Translations under genes and position numbers: made by a program
Notes under the pieces: model-generated
The model's input: the letters and a program-made list of their open reading frames with translations, nothing else
Databases searched by the model: none
What the model was told of the DNA's origin: nothing
DNA from: Acholeplasmataceae bacterium
GTDB lineage: Bacteria; Bacillota_I; Bacilli_A; Acholeplasmatales; Acholeplasmataceae
Assembly (NCBI GenBank): GCA_963667565.1
Contig: OY763415.1
Coordinates: forward strand, 192,001 to 256,000
DNA: 64,000 nucleotides
Reading direction: 5' to 3'
Shown: positions 30,627-41,579 of the stretch, in pieces
Layout: each line of letters starts with the position of its first letter
Numbering within the stretch: the stretch's first letter is position 1

Positions 30627-31454
30627 ATGTTAAATTGGTTCATGTCATTAGACATTTGGATACAGGCTTTATTAGCAACATTATTTACTTGGGGTGTTAC
30701 TGCCCTTGGGGCTTCATTGGTATTTTTCTTTAAGACGATTGAAAGACATATATTTAATCTCATGTTAGGTTTTGCATCTGGTGTGATGATTGCAGCAAGC
30801 TTTTGGTCCTTATTAGCTCCAGCGATTGATATGGCAAATGAACAAGGAGCAGTTGCTTGGTTTGTCGTTGCTGTAGGTTTTGCATTAGGTGGCATATTTT
30901 TATTTATTGCAGATAAAACATTGCCTCATATGCATTTTGGTCCTAATCATGAAGTTGAAGGGATTCATACCAAACTAAAAAGAAATATTTTATTAGTCTT
31001 TTCAATTACGCTTCATAATATTCCAGAAGGTTTAGCAGTAGGGGTCGCATTTGGTGCAGTGAAGTTTGCTACTGGAGATCCAGTTGCTGCAACACTTGGG
31101 GCGATTGGTCTTGCGATTGGTATTGGTATTCAAAATTTCCCAGAAGGTGCAGCAGTATCAATTCCATTACGTCAAGAAGGTAAAATCAGTCGATTAAAGG
31201 CGTTTATGCTTGGGCAAGCTTCAGGTTTAGTTGAGCCTATCGCTGGTGTGATTGGCGCACTACTTGTCTTACAAATGCAAACATTACTTCCTTATGCACT
31301 TGCTTTTGCTGCAGGAGCAATGATTTATGTGGTTGTTGAAGAACTCATACCCGAAGCTCAGCAAACACAAACAGCTAAGGGTGCACATTATGCAGTATTA
31401 GGTGTAATGACAGGATTTATTGTTATGATGATTTTAGATGTTGCATTAGGATAG
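30627..31454 (+). CDS. ZIP family metal transporter (GufA/ZupT-like)
   Basis: GFASGVM, LHNIPEG, IQNFPEG, FAAGAMIYVV.EELIPE. Confidence 0.93.
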   Translation: MLNWFMSLDIWIQALLATLFTWGVTALGASLVFFFKTIERHIFNLMLGFASGVMIAASFWSLLAPAIDMANEQGAVAWFVVAVGFALGGIFLFIADKTLPHMHFGPNHEVEGIHTKLKRNILLVFSITLHNIPEGLAVGVAFGAVKFATGDPVAATLGAIGLAIGIGIQNFPEGAAVSIPLRQEGKISRLKAFMLGQASGLVEPIAGVIGALLVLQMQTLLPYALAFAAGAMIYVVVEELIPEAQQTQTAKGAHYAVLGVMTGFIVMMILDVALG

Positions 31455-31467
31455 AGGTGAGTAGTTA

Positions 31468-32124
31468 ATGCATAGAGCAGAAGAAGATTATATAAAAACA
31501 ATTTATGAACTTACAGTTCAACGAAAACAAGATATCGTAAAAACAAATGAGATATCAGATACTTTTGGATTTACTGATCAAAGTGTTAATGAAATGATTA
31601 AGAAACTTGTTACAAAAAAACTCGTAAAATTTATACCTTACAAAGGTGTTCAATTAACAAAAAATGGTATTAAAGAAGCTACCAGATTAATTAGATTTCA
31701 TCGTATTTGGGAAGTGTTTTTAACAGATAAATTATCATATGCGTGGGAAGACGTTCATGAGGATGCTGAACGTTTAGAACATGCTTCAAGTGAGACATTA
31801 ATTAACAAACTTGATGAATTGTTAGGATATCCAAAATATTGTCAACATGGAAATCCTATTCCTGATGCTTCTGGTCATGTGAGCACCTTTTCTAGTTTAA
31901 GTATTTTTGATCTTGAAGAAAATGATACGTTTAAGATTAAAAGAGTATTAGATCATAAAGAATTACTTAATTTTTTAAATGCACATCACATGCATTTGAA
32001 TAAAACATATGTATTAAAATTAAAGGACGTATTTAATGGAATTATCATCATAAAAGATGAAGAACAAAAAGAAGTCATCCTATCTCATAAAACATCTAAA
32101 ATGATATTTATAGAAAAACAATAA
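31468..32124 (+). CDS. DtxR/MntR family metal-dependent repressor with FeoA-like tail
   Basis: EDYIKTIY, HRIWEVFL, AERLEH, HGNPIP. Confidence 0.93.
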   Translation: MHRAEEDYIKTIYELTVQRKQDIVKTNEISDTFGFTDQSVNEMIKKLVTKKLVKFIPYKGVQLTKNGIKEATRLIRFHRIWEVFLTDKLSYAWEDVHEDAERLEHASSETLINKLDELLGYPKYCQHGNPIPDASGHVSTFSSLSIFDLEENDTFKIKRVLDHKELLNFLNAHHMHLNKTYVLKLKDVFNGIIIIKDEEQKEVILSHKTSKMIFIEKQ

Positions 32125-32143
32125 AAAAGAAAGGGCGATCTCC

Positions 32144-33466
32144 ATGTTTAAAGAGCTACTCGAACAAAACAATGTAGAACAATTACATCTATATATTAAA
32201 GAAACACATGGTTATGATTTAGCCCAGGATTTTTTAACGTTAAATGAGGATGAGCAAAAACATCTATTTTTATATTTATCACACGAGCAATTAGCAGATA
32301 TTGTTTCTTACTTAGAACCTGATGATGCAGCTGATATTTTATCCATATTTGATATTGAAAAACAAAAAGCTGTCGTTGAATTGCTTGAACCAGATGATGC
32401 TGTTGATATCATTCAAGAATTAGATGAAGATGATCAAGAAAGACTGATTAGTATATTAGATGATGATTCAGATGTTTTATCATTAATTGATTATGATGAA
32501 GATGAAACAGGTTCTATTATGACATCACAAGTACTTATGTTGGAACAAAAACTTGATGTGAAATTAGCAACTAAAAAAGTGATTAAAGAAGCACCCGAAG
32601 TTGAAACGATAACACGTCTTTTTGTCGTAGATGAACATCGAAAATTTCTAGGTATTATAGGATTAAAAGATTTATTAAAAGCCAAATCACCGACAACCGT
32701 TGAAGACTTAATAAAGCCATCTCCAGTGGTATATGACAAAGATTTGATTGAATCCACTATACAAAAAATTAATCAATATAATATTTATGAAATGCCAGTA
32801 TGTAACCAAGAAAATATCTTACTTGGAATGGTTACATTAGATGATGCACTAGATGCTTATGAAGATGAAGCTCAAGAAGATTTTGAAAGACTAGCTGCTC
32901 TTCCTGAAACTGTGGAAGGTGCTCCACTTAAAATTGCTCTTCATCGGTTTCCTTGGTTGTTGATGTTATTGTTTGTTTCAATTCCAGTATCATTACTAAC
33001 CAATATGTTTAAAGATATTATCACCGCTGTAGCAGTGATCGTGATTTTTCAACCGATGATATCTGGTGCTGCAGGTAATGCCGCTACTCAAACATTAGCC
33101 GTTACATTAAAAACATTTAATTCCCATGATAAAGCACTAACCAAAAATGCGATTAAAGAAATATCTACAGGTGTGATCAATGGCATTGCACTTGCACTTT
33201 TGGCATTCGTCATTACATTCGTATTTTCATCTATTCAGCATGCAATTACTGTTGAACCTTTTAAAATGGCACTTGTTGTTTCTATGACATTAATTACTAC
33301 AGTTGTATTAGCACCAATCATTGCCATCCTAATTCCAACAGTTTTAAAGATTATAAAAATTGATCCAGCTGTTGCATCTGGACCAATGATTACAACTTTT
33401 TTAGATATGACAACAGTATTTGTCTATTATGGGTTAGCAACTCTCTTGATTGGGGTGATACTATGA
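32144..33466 (+). CDS. mgtE: Magnesium transporter MgtE
   Basis: MgtE N-domain, CBS pair, GNAATQ, DPAVASGPMITTFLD. Confidence 0.9.
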   Translation: MFKELLEQNNVEQLHLYIKETHGYDLAQDFLTLNEDEQKHLFLYLSHEQLADIVSYLEPDDAADILSIFDIEKQKAVVELLEPDDAVDIIQELDEDDQERLISILDDDSDVLSLIDYDEDETGSIMTSQVLMLEQKLDVKLATKKVIKEAPEVETITRLFVVDEHRKFLGIIGLKDLLKAKSPTTVEDLIKPSPVVYDKDLIESTIQKINQYNIYEMPVCNQENILLGMVTLDDALDAYEDEAQEDFERLAALPETVEGAPLKIALHRFPWLLMLLFVSIPVSLLTNMFKDIITAVAVIVIFQPMISGAAGNAATQTLAVTLKTFNSHDKALTKNAIKEISTGVINGIALALLAFVITFVFSSIQHAITVEPFKMALVVSMTLITTVVLAPIIAILIPTVLKIIKIDPAVASGPMITTFLDMTTVFVYYGLATLLIGVIL

Positions 33467-34812
33467 AGACAAAAATCAATTTTAAACATAGCGTAGAGTC
33501 AATCAAAAGAGCAATGGCACATCTATACCCATATGATATTGCAGTATTATTTACTTCACTCAAAGATGAAGAAAAGAATAAACTAATAAGCATATTATCA
33601 CTTGATTTATTAACACAAGTCTTTGTTGAACTTGAAAATGACGATCAAATTGAGTTTTATCAATTATTACCATCAACAACTCAAAAATCTTTATTAAGAA
33701 AACTGGAAACAGATGAACTTAAAGCATTTATCGAATTATTTGAAGAACCTCTAGAACAAAAAGAAATCATAGAAAAACTTTCAAAAATAAAAGCAAAAAC
33801 CATTCAACTTTTATTAACATATGATGAAGATGAAGCAGCCTCTATCATGATGACCGACTTTTTTGTTATTCCTGTTGATTTAACAATCAAAGAAGCAACC
33901 AATCTCATCATCACTGAATCTAAAGATAATGATTATATTGATACAGTATTTGTTGAAGATAGTCAAAAAAAATGTATTGGATTTGTGGATTTAAAAGATT
34001 TAATCATTGCAAGACCTAATCAAAAATTAGAAAACATGATGGAAACAGAATTTCCATTTGTCTTAGAACATGACACCATAGAATCAGCGATTGAAAAAAT
34101 ACAAGATTATGATAGAAATGTCATTCCAGTCATGACTGAAGAAAATCTAGTCATTGGAATTATTACTGCTGATGATATTTTTGATGAACTTATTGAAGAC
34201 TATGAAGAAGATTATGATTCATTTGCTCAAATTAGCGATCATGATGAATCAATGTCGCCATTGGCACGTTCTAGACAAAGACTTCCTTGGCTAATCACAG
34301 GCATTGTTTTAAACTTATTAACCATTAGTATTCTTTCCATGTTTTCAGCAACAATTGCGCAAGTGACAGTCCTTATACTATTTCAACCTATGATTTTAGG
34401 TATGGCTGGTAATATTGGAACACAAGCATTAGCCGTAACGATTTTAGGTATTCACCAACAAGATTTTAAAGAGCATAACAAAGCCAAAAAACATATATTA
34501 AAAGAAATGAGTATTGGCTTAATTAATAGTTTATTATTAGGATTGATTGCTTTCGTGTATGTTCAAGTATATTTATCCATTTTAGGTGTTTCCTCACAAT
34601 CACCTTTTGAAGTTGCTATTGCAGTATTTGCAGCACTATCAATCGCAATGTTCTTGTCATCTACACTAGGAAGTTTGGTACCCATCTTATTTGATAAAGT
34701 AGGTATTGATCCATCTGCAGCTTCTGGACCTATGATGGCGACAGTAAACGATATTATTTCTTTGGTTGTCTATTTTAGTATTGCAACACTGATGTTTATA
34801 CAATTTATTTAA
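33463..34812 (+). CDS. mgtE: Magnesium transporter MgtE (second paralog)
   Basis: RLPWL, GNIGTQ, DPSAASGPMMATVND. Confidence 0.9.
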   Translation: MKTKINFKHSVESIKRAMAHLYPYDIAVLFTSLKDEEKNKLISILSLDLLTQVFVELENDDQIEFYQLLPSTTQKSLLRKLETDELKAFIELFEEPLEQKEIIEKLSKIKAKTIQLLLTYDEDEAASIMMTDFFVIPVDLTIKEATNLIITESKDNDYIDTVFVEDSQKKCIGFVDLKDLIIARPNQKLENMMETEFPFVLEHDTIESAIEKIQDYDRNVIPVMTEENLVIGIITADDIFDELIEDYEEDYDSFAQISDHDESMSPLARSRQRLPWLITGIVLNLLTISILSMFSATIAQVTVLILFQPMILGMAGNIGTQALAVTILGIHQQDFKEHNKAKKHILKEMSIGLINSLLLGLIAFVYVQVYLSILGVSSQSPFEVAIAVFAALSIAMFLSSTLGSLVPILFDKVGIDPSAASGPMMATVNDIISLVVYFSIATLMFIQFI

Positions 34813-34888
34813 TCACTAAAATCAATTTATTAATCATTGGTTTTGATGTATAATGAAATTAATAAATGTTATATTTTGGAGGGTTAAG

Positions 34889-35392
34889 ATGGGAAAAGGT
34901 TTAGATAAATTTAAAAATTGGGTCAATCAATCAACAGATAAAATAAATGAATCATCTAAAAAAATTGAAAAGAAAGTCAAAAACGAAGTAAAATTTTTTC
35001 AAAAACAAGGCAGTTTGAACGAAGCATTTGAACAAGCAAGTTATCAATATGAAATTGTTGGAACTACCAATTGGATGAATAAACCTAAACGTATAAAAGG
35101 GTTTTTAGTTGAGGATGATTTAAAAATACTTATTAAAATTGAAGAAGAAAACCATGAACTTATCGTCAAAAATGTATTATTAAAAGACGTTAAAGATGAA
35201 TCCATCATTCAAATTGATGAAGTCCACAGAGATGAAATGGTGTATCTTGATTTAAAAGTTGATGATCAAGTGATGCCTGTGGGATGTTTTTATGCGACTT
35301 ACAAAGCACAAGATATTCCAAATAATAGAAAAAACGTTGTCAAAGTTGAAGATGATAAAATTGTAGGAACTGTACACTTTCAAGTTAAATAA
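34889..35392 (+). CDS. Hypothetical protein
   Basis: RBS ggaggg before ATG 34889; followed by terminator 35404-35426. Confidence 0.6.
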   Translation: MGKGLDKFKNWVNQSTDKINESSKKIEKKVKNEVKFFQKQGSLNEAFEQASYQYEIVGTTNWMNKPKRIKGFLVEDDLKILIKIEEENHELIVKNVLLKDVKDESIIQIDEVHRDEMVYLDLKVDDQVMPVGCFYATYKAQDIPNNRKNVVKVEDDKIVGTVHFQVK

Positions 35393-35462
35393 TTACCTTT
35401 AATAAAGCACTTTAAGTGCTTTTTTTATGCTATAATTAAATTATGAAAGCGAGGATTAAAAA

Positions 35463-36953
35463 ATGAATCAACATTTAGAAATATATAAACAAGCTAGAAG
35501 TAAGCTTAAGGCATACGAATATTTTTTATGGCTATATAGTTGGGACCAAGAAACAGAAGCACCAAAAGATGCACCTAAATATAGTGAAAAACAATTTGCG
35601 ATTTTATATGAAGAAGCATATAAGATTGAATCAGATCCAGCATATATCGAAGCTATCAATTATCTATATGAGCATCTTGATGAATTAGAAGATGAAGATT
35701 TCAAAGTCGAAATTAAGCATGAGTATAAAAACATAAGAATGGTCATAAAAGTACCTAAAGATGAATATTTGGCTTATGGTTTACTTATTCAACAAGCACC
35801 TGCGATTTGGTTAGAAGCTAAAGAAAAAAATGATTTTAGCATTTATGCACCAACATTAAAGAAAATTATTGATGCAAATAAACAACTTGTTAAGTACTTA
35901 GAAACAGATGAGCTTAAAGGTTATGATGTGTTACTTGATATGTATGAAGAGGGCTTTGGTGTAGAAACTTACGACCAATTCTTCCAAATTATCAAAGATG
36001 AACTTGTTCCCTTTGTCTCTGAAGTCACTAAAGTTAAAGGGCCAAGATTTAGTAAGAAATTAACTAAAGGTGTGTTTGCTGCTGATAAACAAGAAGCATT
36101 TTCAAAATATTTAATGGATGTCTTTAAATATGATCAAAATCGTGCTGTTCTAAAAGAAAGCGCGCATCCATTTACTTCAGGTGTAAGTAGTTTTGACACT
36201 AGAATTACAACACATTATCATGAAGATAATGTTTTATCAAGTATTTTTTCAACTATTCATGAAATGGGACATGCGATTTATGAACTTCAAAATGATCCTA
36301 AATATGATGAAACCTATTTACATGGCGGAACAAGTTTAGGTATACACGAATCACAATCACGTATGTTTGAAAATATGATAGGACGTTCTTATGCTTTTTG
36401 GGAACTTCATTATCCAAAACTAGTTGAATTATTCCCTAAACAATTAAAAGATACATCAGTTCTAGATTTTTATAAATATATAAATCAAGCAAAACGTTCA
36501 CTGATTCGTATTGAAGCTGATGAACTTACATATTCACTTCATGTATTAGTCAGATATGAACTTGAAAAACTTATGATTAATGGAAAAGTTAAAGTTGAAG
36601 ATCTCCCTAAAAAATGGAATGGACTTATGAGTAAGTATGTTGGTAAAAAACCATCTAAGGATCAAGAAGGTATCCTACAAGATATTCACTGGTCACATGG
36701 ATCTATAGGATATTTTCCAACATATGCATTAGGCTCTGCTTATGCAGCACAAATTTATGAAGCCATGAATAAAGATTTCAGTGTTGAATTAGCTATAGGA
36801 AATAATGATCAAGCTAGAATCAATGAATGGTTAAAAGAAAAAGTGCATCAATTTGCACAATCTAAATCACCTAAAGAGATTATGGTGATTGCAACTAAAG
36901 AAAATTTCAATCCTAAGTATTACATTGATTATTTAAAGAGAAAATTTAGTTAA
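35463..36953 (+). CDS. Carboxypeptidase, peptidase family M32
   Basis: HPF, HEMGH, HESQSR, IRIEADE, QDIHW, GYFPTY. Confidence 0.96.
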   Translation: MNQHLEIYKQARSKLKAYEYFLWLYSWDQETEAPKDAPKYSEKQFAILYEEAYKIESDPAYIEAINYLYEHLDELEDEDFKVEIKHEYKNIRMVIKVPKDEYLAYGLLIQQAPAIWLEAKEKNDFSIYAPTLKKIIDANKQLVKYLETDELKGYDVLLDMYEEGFGVETYDQFFQIIKDELVPFVSEVTKVKGPRFSKKLTKGVFAADKQEAFSKYLMDVFKYDQNRAVLKESAHPFTSGVSSFDTRITTHYHEDNVLSSIFSTIHEMGHAIYELQNDPKYDETYLHGGTSLGIHESQSRMFENMIGRSYAFWELHYPKLVELFPKQLKDTSVLDFYKYINQAKRSLIRIEADELTYSLHVLVRYELEKLMINGKVKVEDLPKKWNGLMSKYVGKKPSKDQEGILQDIHWSHGSIGYFPTYALGSAYAAQIYEAMNKDFSVELAIGNNDQARINEWLKEKVHQFAQSKSPKEIMVIATKENFNPKYYIDYLKRKFS

Positions 36954-36965
36954 TCGAGGAAACAT

Positions 36966-38183
36966 ATGTATTCGATACGTTCTTTATATCAAATAGGATA
37001 TGGACCATCTAGTTCACATACGATGGGACCTGCGAAAGCCGTATTTAAAATTCAAAAAAAACACCCAGAGGCAAATCGATATCAAATAACCTTATTTAAT
37101 TCGCTTGCACTAACGGGTAAAGGACATCTTACAGAAGAAGCTATATACTCAACACTTGGTCATCAAAATGTTGAGTTTTTAACTCAAATTGATGTGAGTA
37201 AACATCCTAATTACTTAGTGATATCAGCATTTAAAAATGATGAACTCATTAGAACATATGAAGTGATGAGTGTCGGTGGTGGAAGAATTGTTTTTGAAGG
37301 TGAAGTTTGCGAAGAATTAGAAATTTATCCGCACCATCGATTTAAAGAAATTAAAAAGTACTGCAAAGAAAAAAACATCTCGCTTTATGATTATGTCATA
37401 GAAGTTGAAGGTGAACCATTCAAAGAAGATTTAATGCGTGTTTGGCAAGCAATGAAAGATGCTATCATGCGTGGAATTAAAGCTAAAGATGTTTTACCTG
37501 GGCCCTTAAAGATGAAAAGAAAAGCGTTTGAGTTATTTCATTATCCTGTTGAAAATGAAATGAATGAGATCACAGAAAATAGAATGGTTAGCAGTTATGC
37601 ATATGCAGTTTCTGAAGAAAATGCAGCAGGTGGACTCATCGTCACTGCACCGACTTGTGGTGCATGTGGAGTCTTACCGGCTGTGCTTAAATATACATTC
37701 GAAAAGCATGCTTTCTTAGATGAACATAAAGTGATTGAAGCATTGGCAGTAGCAGGTTTGTTTGGTAATTTAATCAAATATAACGCATCTATTTCTGGAG
37801 CTGTTGCTGGATGTCAAGCAGAAATTGGAAGTGCATGTTCAATGGCGGCAAGTGCACATGCTTATATGCTTGGATTAAACATTAATCAGATTGAATATGC
37901 AGCAGAGATTGCGATGGAACATCATTTAGGATTGACTTGCGATCCAGTAAATGGATACGTTCAAATTCCGTGTATTGAACGAAATGCAGTTGCTGCACTT
38001 CGTGCAATTAATGCATCAAGACTTGCATTTTTTCTTTCGGATTCAAGAAAAATTTCATTTGACACAGTTGTTGAAACCATGTATCAAACTGGACTTGACA
38101 TGAATCAATCATATAAAGAAACAGCACTTGGTGGTTTGGCAAAATATTATAAAGAGGACGATAATGATGCTAACTGTTGGTAG
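36966..38183 (+). CDS. sdaA: L-serine ammonia-lyase, Fe-S dependent, single chain
   Basis: GPSSSHTMGP, TAPTCGACG, GCQAEIG, GLTCDPV..VQIPCIERN. Confidence 0.93.
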   Translation: MYSIRSLYQIGYGPSSSHTMGPAKAVFKIQKKHPEANRYQITLFNSLALTGKGHLTEEAIYSTLGHQNVEFLTQIDVSKHPNYLVISAFKNDELIRTYEVMSVGGGRIVFEGEVCEELEIYPHHRFKEIKKYCKEKNISLYDYVIEVEGEPFKEDLMRVWQAMKDAIMRGIKAKDVLPGPLKMKRKAFELFHYPVENEMNEITENRMVSSYAYAVSEENAAGGLIVTAPTCGACGVLPAVLKYTFEKHAFLDEHKVIEALAVAGLFGNLIKYNASISGAVAGCQAEIGSACSMAASAHAYMLGLNINQIEYAAEIAMEHHLGLTCDPVNGYVQIPCIERNAVAALRAINASRLAFFLSDSRKISFDTVVETMYQTGLDMNQSYKETALGGLAKYYKEDDNDANCW

Positions 38184-39462
38184 ACAATTGACTGTTGAAG
38201 TCATTGATTTGGATTATAAAGGACAAGGTGTAAGTAGAATTGATGGCTATGTCATTTTTACACCAGGTCTTTTAGTTGGAGAAAAAGCAGTTGTTGAGAT
38301 TACAAAAATAAATAAAAGTTTTGCAGAAGCTGATCTTATAGAAATATTGACGATTAGCAAAAAAAGAGTTCATGACTCTAGTTTATTAGGTAGTATTGAA
38401 CTATACCATTTAGATGTTTTAGAACAAATCAAATGGCAAGAAAAAGTGACTGTTGAAACATTTAAGAAAATTGCAAATTTAGACATCACATTAAATGAAA
38501 CCATTACGGATCAAAGATATATAAATTATCGAAATAAAAGTGTTTTTCATGTCATTGAAGGACCCGTGATTAAGCTTGGATTATATTTAAAAAATTATTT
38601 ATTAACTGAAACACAACAATTTGTTTTATCAGATAAAGTTACCAATAAATTTTTAAACTTGATCAATCGATCATATATGCCTATCGAAACAAATGTTTTA
38701 ACGCATGTAGCCTTTAGAACTAACGAAAAGGGACAAATCTTAATTACATTTGTTTCTAAAAAAGAAGATGTTAAAGGACTTGATTTTTTAGTTAAAAGAT
38801 TAAAAAATGAAGAAGAAGTGATGGGTATTACATTAAATATTAAAGATCATCCTAAACATATTTTAGGACAACAAAGTTTCGTCTTATATGGGAAAAATGA
38901 AATTATTGAGACATTAAAAAATTATCAATTACCTATTAACGATCGAAGTTTTTTCCAAATCAATTTTCCTGTCATGAAAAAGGTGTTTGATAAGATTGAA
39001 GAACACTTATTAAAAAACAGTGTTTTAATTGAAGCATATAGTGGTATTGGAACGATTGGTTTATCATTACTTGATCAAGTGAAATCATGTGTGATGATTG
39101 AATCAAATAAAGAAAATATCGAAATGAGTAAATTAATTATTGATCAAAATCATATTCATCAAATTGAACTTGTAGAAGCGAGAGCTGAACACGTGATTGA
39201 TCAATATCCTGGAGATGTATTATTAGTAGACCCTCCAAGACAAGGACTACTTCAAACATTTATTGATAAAGTTTTATTGATGCAGTTTAAACAAGTGATT
39301 TATGTCTCATGTGATGTTAAAACGCTCGTTAGAGATTTAGTCTTATTAAGCGAAGTATTTGAAATCACGCATATATATCCTATTAGAATGTTCCATCATA
39401 CGATTTCTATTGAAACACTCGTTATTTTAAAACGAAAAAGCAATGAAAGAAGTGATCTATAA
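38164..39462 (+). CDS. rlmD: RlmD/TrmA family RNA (uracil-5)-methyltransferase with TRAM domain
   Basis: TRAM N-terminus, YRNK, FFQIN, YSGIGTIG, DPPR, YVSC. Confidence 0.85.
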   Translation: MMLTVGRQLTVEVIDLDYKGQGVSRIDGYVIFTPGLLVGEKAVVEITKINKSFAEADLIEILTISKKRVHDSSLLGSIELYHLDVLEQIKWQEKVTVETFKKIANLDITLNETITDQRYINYRNKSVFHVIEGPVIKLGLYLKNYLLTETQQFVLSDKVTNKFLNLINRSYMPIETNVLTHVAFRTNEKGQILITFVSKKEDVKGLDFLVKRLKNEEEVMGITLNIKDHPKHILGQQSFVLYGKNEIIETLKNYQLPINDRSFFQINFPVMKKVFDKIEEHLLKNSVLIEAYSGIGTIGLSLLDQVKSCVMIESNKENIEMSKLIIDQNHIHQIELVEARAEHVIDQYPGDVLLVDPPRQGLLQTFIDKVLLMQFKQVIYVSCDVKTLVRDLVLLSEVFEITHIYPIRMFHHTISIETLVILKRKSNERSDL

Positions 39463-40205
39463 TGGTTATGAAAATTAAGAATCAATTACCTGCTATTTTA
39501 CTTGTTATTGGCCTTAGTATACTTTTATTGGTACTTTCTATCTTAGGAAAAGACGCACAAACTTTTGTGTTCTGGGGATCTTCATCTAGACAAGTGTTTG
39601 CAGATGTTGCAAATCAAAACATTCGTCATACAGATCATTTTAATTGGTCATTTATTTTCATTTTCACTGTGGTTGTTTATATTTATTTTACAGAATTAAA
39701 ACAAAAAAACTATAAAGGCATAGCTGCGGCACTCGCACTTTATGGGGTCCACTTCATTTATGAAATATTAAACGCTGTGATTCAATCTATATTTGGATAT
39801 GCCTTATGGACAGTGTCACCAGAAAGTACATCACTGATGTTACTCATTGGTGTTTCTTGGGAGTTGTCCATGATGTTTGCTGTCGCTGGCCTAATTATGT
39901 CAAAATTATTACCAGATGATAAGAATTTAAAAATTTTAGGGATGAATAACCGCATTTTTTTCGCGATTCTAAATGCACTTTTTTTCTCATTATTTGAAAT
40001 TTTCTTAGCAGGAACTGATGCATTTATTTGGACATATGCTTGGTGGGGAACGATTCCAGTATTTATAACCACATATATACCATTCTTCTTAGCAGCATTT
40101 CTTATTTATGATGCTAAACCAAAAACACAAATTAAGTTTCTTAGTGTGTGTTGGTCAATCGTTGTTTTATTACTGATCACATTAATCCCTTTGGGTATCA
40201 TTTAA
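39462..40205 (+). CDS. Hypothetical integral membrane protein
   Basis: About 7 hydrophobic segments; coupled to upstream stop. Confidence 0.65.
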   Translation: MVMKIKNQLPAILLVIGLSILLLVLSILGKDAQTFVFWGSSSRQVFADVANQNIRHTDHFNWSFIFIFTVVVYIYFTELKQKNYKGIAAALALYGVHFIYEILNAVIQSIFGYALWTVSPESTSLMLLIGVSWELSMMFAVAGLIMSKLLPDDKNLKILGMNNRIFFAILNALFFSLFEIFLAGTDAFIWTYAWWGTIPVFITTYIPFFLAAFLIYDAKPKTQIKFLSVCWSIVVLLLITLIPLGII

Positions 40206-40210
40206 TATAG

Positions 40211-40247
40211 AAAAGAAAAGATGTTTGCATGTGCAAACATCTTTTTT
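40211..40247. terminator. Bidirectional terminator between convergent genes
   Basis: aaaagatgtttgca / tgcaaacatctttt. Confidence 0.8.
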
Positions 40248-41220
40248 ATCTTTTATAATCTATATGTGATAAATCAATTCTAAAACGACAACGATCATCT
40301 TTACTTAAAGGAGATTCTAAAACTTCAATAGGAAGTGATTGTCCTAAAATTGTTTCAAAAGGTAATTTTGCAAAACCAGCACTACATGAGCACCAACGTT
40401 TTGGGATATCATATTGATTTTGCTTGAGATTTTCTCTAACAAATGAACAATAGCATGCATAATAGTGTTTAAGATGACCCTCATGTTCTAAATAGTTTTT
40501 CGTATCATAAGGTATTTTAGTCATATATAAATAATGATCTTCAATTCTGCCACTTAATATTTCTTGATTAGATTTGACATATTCAATGACTTCAGGTGTA
40601 ATCTTTTGTTCAAACCAAATCTTATTAGCTTCATAATGTTCTTTAAGTTCCAAAACTTTACGTTCATGACGAGATTTTAAGTATGCTTCTAAAGTAGGAG
40701 AATCATCGTAAAAAGATTTTTCATCATCAAAGCTTGATGTTGGAATTTGATGGTGATTATTTGCCAATACTAAATGACATGTCTCATCATCTAAATGACG
40801 TTTTAGTGTTTCTAGAAATAATTTAGTTAAACCTGGATAATCTGTTGGTTCTGTGAGAAATGGAGGAATGACAATATCCTTTTCTATTTGTTTTTTCATT
40901 TTAGCATCCACGATATCTTCAACATGATTTACGATGCTTTCTAATACACCATGACTATTAAAATACTTTGTCATATGTATGTAATGATCTTTAAGATCAG
41001 CATAATAAAAATAACGTGCAATATGGATGATATGTTCATATGTATTGATCTTATGATCAATAAGATAATCACTGTATAACGGAAGTTCATCAACTAAAAT
41101 ATCATCTATGTCTTTTCCAACAACACGTTCTAATAACGCAATAGAAGATAGTGCATTTTGAATCAGTTGATCACTCATATTTAATTTTTGATATAGATTG
41201 ACAATGATTTCTTTTCTCAT
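40246..41220 (-). CDS. DUF6144-like cysteine-motif protein (V4R-like C-terminus)
   Basis: YACYC...WCSCSAGF...LPIEVLES...CRFRI. Confidence 0.65.
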   Translation of the reverse strand: MRKEIIVNLYQKLNMSDQLIQNALSSIALLERVVGKDIDDILVDELPLYSDYLIDHKINTYEHIIHIARYFYYADLKDHYIHMTKYFNSHGVLESIVNHVEDIVDAKMKKQIEKDIVIPPFLTEPTDYPGLTKLFLETLKRHLDDETCHLVLANNHHQIPTSSFDDEKSFYDDSPTLEAYLKSRHERKVLELKEHYEANKIWFEQKITPEVIEYVKSNQEILSGRIEDHYLYMTKIPYDTKNYLEHEGHLKHYYACYCSFVRENLKQNQYDIPKRWCSCSAGFAKLPFETILGQSLPIEVLESPLSKDDRCRFRIDLSHIDYKR

Positions 41221-41579
41221 AGATAACCCCACTTATATCTGATTGTTCATATTTTATCATATTTTTCAAAGATTAATTTATTAAATTAAAGTCCAATTAA
41301 AAACGTTAAAAAAGCTATCTTTTAAGTTTCAAATGTAGATTATTCAATAATCAGGTATAAAAATATCATATTTTAAGCATATAAGCACATTTTTATAAAA
41401 AATATAGTAAGATATAAATATAATTTATATATCATAGAGGGGCTATGGTTTTAATCGAAAACATAGGAAGCAATGGGCTACCGGTGTTTTTTTTGTTATA
41501 TAAGCATAAAAAAACGATCTGTAAAAAAGCATTAAAAACATATTTACACTTTAAATGTGTAAGTAAAGCAGGTGAAAGT

